Part shown: positions 59,545 through 64,000 of the stretch, in pieces
Layout of the letters: every line of letters begins with the position of its first letter
Numbering within the stretch: the first letter of the stretch is position 1
Program-made: the position numbers and the translations under genes
Source of the DNA: a bacterium
GTDB taxonomy: Bacteria > Patescibacteriota > Patescibacteriia > UBA9934 > GWF2-40-263
DNA: 64,000 nucleotides
Assembly: GCA_020051955.1 (NCBI GenBank)
Contig: JAGVQB010000045.1
Span: 1,356-65,355 of the forward strand
Direction: 5' to 3'
Notes under the pieces: model-generated
Databases searched by the model: none
Seen by the model: the letters and a program-made list of their open reading frames with translations, nothing else
What the model was told of the DNA's origin: nothing

Positions 59545-60225
59545 ATGTCTCACCCACACAAATCAATGCTGGACGAGTTTCAGTACGCGATAAATCATTT
59601 TGCCCCCACGCTCCCGCCGGAGGTAAAGACCGAGGCGCAGGTTATCCACGATAAGCTTGAAGCCGATGAAACCGTTGATGAGGGCGCGCTCAAGAAGGCG
59701 TTTTATTCGATTGGTCGCAAGGAGTATCCACACAGGCACGCCTATGAAGAACTTACTCACACCGGTGCCGAGGCACTAATGAAACAGATGGTGATTGATC
59801 ACGTTGATGAGACAGTGCGCGGGTTTATCAAACCTCTTTTGAATGAGGGCGTGTCACTTGAAGAGCTTGTTGCGAGCGAAATTTTTGAGTCTAAGCTCGA
59901 TGCCAAACAACGCTATCAAGTTGAGGACGGAATTATGGTTGCCAAGAGCAAGCTCGCGGATAAATTAAAGGCTCACGTTGGCGCGCAGGCAACACAGTAT
60001 GAAGAGTTGGTTGGAAAGTGGACAGCGCAAGCGAATGAAATTGAAAAAGCAATAAACGATCTTGAAGTTTTCTCACAGGGCGGTGAAGAAAATCAACAGG
60101 CAGAAATTAAAAGCAAGGTCGCGCGTTTCCGCGAAGGGTTTTTGGTGACCGAGCCAGATCCAAGCCTTGAGGAGGTGAAGAAAGAGATCGAGTATTGGAG
60201 AGAAACGTTTGCGCAAGAGGAGTAG
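59545..60225 (+). CDS. hypothetical cytoplasmic protein (226 aa)
   Basis: Clean ORF with a helical, acidic composition. No family recognised. Confidence 0.5.
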   Translation: MSHPHKSMLDEFQYAINHFAPTLPPEVKTEAQVIHDKLEADETVDEGALKKAFYSIGRKEYPHRHAYEELTHTGAEALMKQMVIDHVDETVRGFIKPLLNEGVSLEELVASEIFESKLDAKQRYQVEDGIMVAKSKLADKLKAHVGAQATQYEELVGKWTAQANEIEKAINDLEVFSQGGEENQQAEIKSKVARFREGFLVTEPDPSLEEVKKEIEYWRETFAQEE

Positions 60226-60246
60226 CGATGGTACAATTTCGCCCGT

Positions 60247-60870
60247 ATGAATATCACTTGGCACGGGTTTTCTTGCTTTGAAATCGGGATAAAAACAGCG
60301 CAGGGCGACGTCAGAATCGTGACTGATCCCTATGACAACGCGACTGGTTTGCGCTTCCCTCGCACACTGGAGGCAGAAATTCTTTTGGTTAGCCATAACG
60401 AAGAAGACGCGAACAACACTTCAGCGGTTTTGGGACATCCTTATTTGATCAACCTCCCCGGCGAGTTTGAGGTGAAGGATGTTTTTGTTTTTGGAATCCC
60501 ACTCAACAAAGGTAACCTCGCGTTTTGTATTGAGGCAGAGGGGATGCGGCTCGCGCATCTTGGGGCGTTAGATCGTGCGCTCACTGACGAGGAGTTGCAG
60601 GCGCTGGAAAACATCGACGTGTTGATGTTGCCTGTGGGCGGTGGCCGTGTGCTTAGCGCGTCTACTGCCTCGGAAGTGATCGCGCAGGTGGAGCCCAGAA
60701 TCGTGATCCCAATGACACACGGTGTCGAAGGAGTAAAAGAGAAGTTGACCGGCGTGGATGATTTTTGCAAGGAGCTTGGTGCGTGCAAGCGGGAGGAGAT
60801 GAACAAGTTTAAGTTTACGAGCAAGGATCTGCCAGAGGAAGATATGAAGATCGTGAGTCTGACGCGATAA
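60247..60870 (+). CDS. MBL-fold metallo-hydrolase (UPF0173-like)
   Basis: MNITWHGFSCFEI...LVSHNEEDANN...LAHLGAL...PMTHG follows the beta-lactamase-fold histidine pattern of the YtkL/UlaG-like group. Confidence 0.75.
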   Translation: MNITWHGFSCFEIGIKTAQGDVRIVTDPYDNATGLRFPRTLEAEILLVSHNEEDANNTSAVLGHPYLINLPGEFEVKDVFVFGIPLNKGNLAFCIEAEGMRLAHLGALDRALTDEELQALENIDVLMLPVGGGRVLSASTASEVIAQVEPRIVIPMTHGVEGVKEKLTGVDDFCKELGACKREEMNKFKFTSKDLPEEDMKIVSLTR

Positions 60871-60871
60871 T

Positions 60872-61084
60872 ATGAAGCGTCCAGTGAATCTGCGACCAAT
60901 GGATCCAGCGCGACATCGTTGGTATTTAGTAGGAGTGACTTTAACGGTCGCGGTTGTGGCGGTCGCGTGGGTGTTCACGCTTTCGCAAACAATCTCGCCA
61001 GAGCTCGTTCGAATCCGTGATGGGTTCGTTTCCGTGATTGGAAAAGCGGCGGATGGTATAAAGCAAATAGAAGTTGATAAATAA
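60872..61084 (+). CDS. small single-TM protein (70 aa)
   Basis: A short ORF with one hydrophobic helix (WYLVGVTLTVAVVAVAWVFTL). It is tightly packed between two genes. Confidence 0.35.
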   Translation: MKRPVNLRPMDPARHRWYLVGVTLTVAVVAVAWVFTLSQTISPELVRIRDGFVSVIGKAADGIKQIEVDK

Positions 61085-61087
61085 GTT

Positions 61088-63571
61088 ATGGCAAAGAAAA
61101 AACAATTTGTACCCCAGGATCCAAATGAAGAACGCGTTCTTGATCGCGGGATGATCTCTCAGAGTCTCGTGGAAGAGATGCAATCTTCGTATTTGGACTA
61201 CGCGATGTCAGTTATCGTCGGGCGCGCGCTTCCGGATGTGCGCGACGGTTTGAAGCCTGTGCATCGGCGTATTTTGTTTTCAATGTGGCAGACTGGTTTG
61301 CGCGCGAACGCGAAGTTCAAAAAGTGCGCGTCAGTTGTTGGAGACGTGCTTGGTAAATATCACCCTCACGGCGACTCCGCTGTGTATGAATCTCTCGTTC
61401 GCATGGCACAGGATTTTTCAATGCGCTATCCGCTTGTGCGCGGGCAGGGGAACTTCGGGTCATTGGATGGGGATGCCGCGGCCGCGTATCGTTACACAGA
61501 GGCAAAGCTCGAACAGATTTCAGAGGAGTTACTTGTTGATCTTGAAAAAGACACGGTGAACTTCATGCCAAACTTTGATGGGACGCACAAGGAGCCAAAG
61601 GTGCTTCCTGCTAAACTTCCAAACTTATTGATAAATGGCACCGTTGGTATCGCGGTGGGAATGGCGTCCAACATCCCTCCGCACAATTTGAATGAGGTGT
61701 GTCAGGCAATCCTGGCGCTCATTCGCGATCGCGACATCAGTGTTGAGGCGCTTTCAGACATTGTTCAGGGTCCTGATTTTCCAACAGGAGGCATTGTCTA
61801 CAACACGCACGATATAAAAACCGCGTTCGCAACTGGTAAGGGCGGAGTCGTAGTGCGAGCGAAGACAGAAATTGTTGAAGATAAAAACGGGAACTACGTA
61901 ATCATCGTGAACGAAATCCCTTATCAGGTGAACAAGGCAAGTTTACTTATGAAGATCGCGGAAAACGTTCGCGACAAAAAGATCGAAGGGATCAGGGATT
62001 TGCGCGACGAGTCAACGCAGGAGGGCGTGCGTATCGTCATCGAACTCAAGAAGGACGCGTTTGCCAAGAAGGTTTTGAATCGTTTGTATCAGACCACTCA
62101 GTTGCAGGAAACGATTCATTACAACATGTTGGCGCTTGTGGACGGGATCCAGCCGCGCGTTTTGAATCTTAAGAACATTTTGGAGGAGTACATCAAACAT
62201 CGTCGCGAGGTCGTGCGTCGCCGCACACAATTTGATCTTGATCGCGCGAAAGAGCGCGCGCATATTTTGGAAGGGTTGCGCATTGCCATTTTGAAGATCG
62301 ACGAGGTGATCAAGACGATTAAAAAATCTAAAGACAAGGACGAGGCGCGAGGAAATCTCATGGGCAAGTTTAAACTTTCTGAACGCCAAGCGCTCGCTAT
62401 TTTGGACATGCGTCTGCAACAACTGGCTAATCTTGAGACGTTGAGAGTGGAGACAGAGTACAAAGAAAAACTCGCTATCATTCAAGAGTTAGAAGCGATT
62501 TTGGGATCAGAAAAAAAGATGCTCGCGGTTATCGCGAATGAAGTGGAGGAGCTGGGCAGGAAGTATGGTGAAGGTCGTCGCACGCAGATTGTGAAGCATG
62601 GCGTGAAGGAGTTTTCCATTGAAGACGTAGTGCCAGACACATCAACCGTTGTTATGATTACCAAGGCTGGGTACATCAAACGTCTTCCTCCCGACACATT
62701 CAAGATACAAAAGCGCGGCGGAAAAGGTGTGGCTGGGCTTACGACAAAAGAAGAGGATGTGGTGGAGCAGGTGTTTACAACTACCACGCACAAAGATCTT
62801 ATGTTCTTCACGACGCGCGGGCGTGTGTTTAAGCTGAAGGCATATGACGTCCCAGAGGCATCGCGCACTGCCAAGGGTCAGGCCATCGTGAACTTCCTAC
62901 AGCTCGCGCCGGGCGAGACAGTGTCCTCATCTTTTTCAATGGAGGATATGGAAGGGAAGAAATATTTGCTGATGGTCACAGAGCGCGGGACAATGAAGAA
63001 GGTTGAGTTAGATCAGTTTGAGACTGTGCGTCGGTCAGGGCTCATCGCGATCAAGTTGAACGATAATGACAGCTTGCAATGGGTCTGGCCAACTGGTGGA
63101 AAGGACGATGTAATGCTTGTGAGCGCGGCTGGTCAGGCAATAAGATTTGGTGAAAAAGATATTCGTTCAATGGGGCGCACCGCGGCAGGCGTGCGCGGAA
63201 TGCGTCTCAAGGGCAATGATCGTATTGTTGGAATGGGTGTGGTTGGCGCGGGACAAGCAAAAGAGAAACAGTTATTGGTAGTGATGAAGAATGGTTATGG
63301 AAAGCGAAGCGAAGTCGCGGAGTATAAAGTCCAACACCGCGGAGGTTCAGGAGTGAAGACCGCGAACATCACAAAGAAGACAGGGGAGATAATTAGCGCG
63401 TACATTGTAAGTGAAAAGGACGAGCTCGACTTATTTGTGATGACAGCGGCTGGGCAGGCTCTGCGCGCGACTCTCACTTCTGTTTCAGTGCTTGGTCGCG
63501 CGACACAGGGTGTGCGCGTAATGCGCTTCAAAAAGGAGGATGACACAGTCGCCAGCATCGCCCTCATCTAG
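61088..63571 (+). CDS. gyrA: DNA gyrase subunit A
   Basis: Active-site region [23 protein letters not shown], the QRDR-like [20 protein letters not shown], and C-terminal beta-pinwheel repeats. Confidence 0.95.
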   Translation: MAKKKQFVPQDPNEERVLDRGMISQSLVEEMQSSYLDYAMSVIVGRALPDVRDGLKPVHRRILFSMWQTGLRANAKFKKCASVVGDVLGKYHPHGDSAVYESLVRMAQDFSMRYPLVRGQGNFGSLDGDAAAAYRYTEAKLEQISEELLVDLEKDTVNFMPNFDGTHKEPKVLPAKLPNLLINGTVGIAVGMASNIPPHNLNEVCQAILALIRDRDISVEALSDIVQGPDFPTGGIVYNTHDIKTAFATGKGGVVVRAKTEIVEDKNGNYVIIVNEIPYQVNKASLLMKIAENVRDKKIEGIRDLRDESTQEGVRIVIELKKDAFAKKVLNRLYQTTQLQETIHYNMLALVDGIQPRVLNLKNILEEYIKHRREVVRRRTQFDLDRAKERAHILEGLRIAILKIDEVIKTIKKSKDKDEARGNLMGKFKLSERQALAILDMRLQQLANLETLRVETEYKEKLAIIQELEAILGSEKKMLAVIANEVEELGRKYGEGRRTQIVKHGVKEFSIEDVVPDTSTVVMITKAGYIKRLPPDTFKIQKRGGKGVAGLTTKEEDVVEQVFTTTTHKDLMFFTTRGRVFKLKAYDVPEASRTAKGQAIVNFLQLAPGETVSSSFSMEDMEGKKYLLMVTERGTMKKVELDQFETVRRSGLIAIKLNDNDSLQWVWPTGGKDDVMLVSAAGQAIRFGEKDIRSMGRTAAGVRGMRLKGNDRIVGMGVVGAGQAKEKQLLVVMKNGYGKRSEVAEYKVQHRGGSGVKTANITKKTGEIISAYIVSEKDELDLFVMTAAGQALRATLTSVSVLGRATQGVRVMRFKKEDDTVASIALI

Positions 63572-63680
63572 CGTTGACAGTGCCAATTGTCCCTGCTAAC
63601 CTTCCGTCGTTCACCTCCCCACCTTCCCACCTCCCACACCTAATCACCTCCCCACCTAACCACCTCACCACCTAACCACT

Positions 63681-63950
63681 ATGCCAGTCCCAGCACATCG
63701 ACGTTCACGTTCTCGCGTTCGCAGTCGTCGCTCTCACGACGCGATGAAGCCAGTGAACCCAAGCGTCTGTTCTTCTTGTCATTCGCCAATAATGCCTCAC
63801 CGCGCTTGTTCTGATTGTGGCCTCTACAATGGCCGTAAGGTTTTGGATAATTCACGCAAAGCCGCGCGCCTTTTGCGCAAAGGATCCGCTGTCGCGCCAA
63901 AACACGATCACAAGGCAGAGTCTTCGGACAGTTCCGTTACTGCTCACTAA
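63681..63950 (+). CDS. rpmF: 50S ribosomal protein L32 with C-terminal extension
   Basis: MPVPAHRRSRSRVRSRRSH...CSSCHSPIMPHRACSDCGLYNGRKV matches the bL32 Cys4 zinc ribbon. Confidence 0.8.
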   Translation: MPVPAHRRSRSRVRSRRSHDAMKPVNPSVCSSCHSPIMPHRACSDCGLYNGRKVLDNSRKAARLLRKGSAVAPKHDHKAESSDSSVTAH

Positions 63951-64000
63951 TCCCTGTTCACTGCTCCCTGTCGCCTGCCCCTCGTTCGTTCTTTTATGCC

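Overview
This 64 kb window is bacterial chromosomal DNA dominated by core information-processing genes, interrupted by several accessory and compositionally foreign segments.

Core genes: rpoB (3' part), rpoC, ruvC, pyrB, khpA-like, trmD, rlmN, rpsP, nrnA, clpP, arfB, typA, tsaD, tsaE, ftsH, rpsA, gyrA and rpmF.

RNA genes: a tRNA cluster (Gly-TCC, Pro-TGG, Phe-GAA, Ile-GAT, plus tRNA fragments), tRNA-Glu(TTC), and a stand-alone minus-strand 16S rRNA gene. The 16S gene is about 1.9 kb because its V1 helix carries a roughly 0.4 kb intervening sequence that encodes a four-helix-bundle protein of the rRNA-IVS family.

Gene content and architecture look like a small-genome, CPR/Patescibacteria-like organism: unlinked 16S with an insertion, a giant glycosyltransferase-containing protein, several GT-C membrane glycosyltransferases, and an orphan PilB ATPase. 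This assignment is inference only.

Accessory and unusual content:
- An AT-rich AbiEi/AbiEii toxin-antitoxin cassette bracketed by ~73 bp direct repeats, immediately after the rpoC terminator.
- A RelE-type toxin-antitoxin pair.
- GC-rich islands embedded in a roughly 45-50 % GC background (hand-counted sample lines gave about 32 % GC in the Abi cassette and up to about 70 % in the islands). These islands hold pyrB, two secreted proteins, a Fic-domain gene, an OPA-like MFS transporter with two tandem paralogous small genes, a truncated RseP/M50 fragment beside tRNA-Glu, and an ORF-free structured-looking segment of about 1.07 kb.
- Two families of ~100 bp interspersed palindromic repeats (one pair inverted and 32.7 kb apart, one pair MITE-like with 13 bp terminal inverted repeats).
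- An iteron-like array of 10-mers in a divergent promoter region.
- Recurrent in-frame simple-sequence insertions (GGATTTT, GGTGAGG, G/C homopolymers) inside conserved genes: smc-like, trmD, tsaD and the APH-like kinase.

No CRISPR array, integrase or transposase was seen. The ORF track uses many alternative start codons, so several starts were re-picked by hand and remain approximate. GC percentages come from hand-counting a few 60-nt sample lines, not a computed profile.
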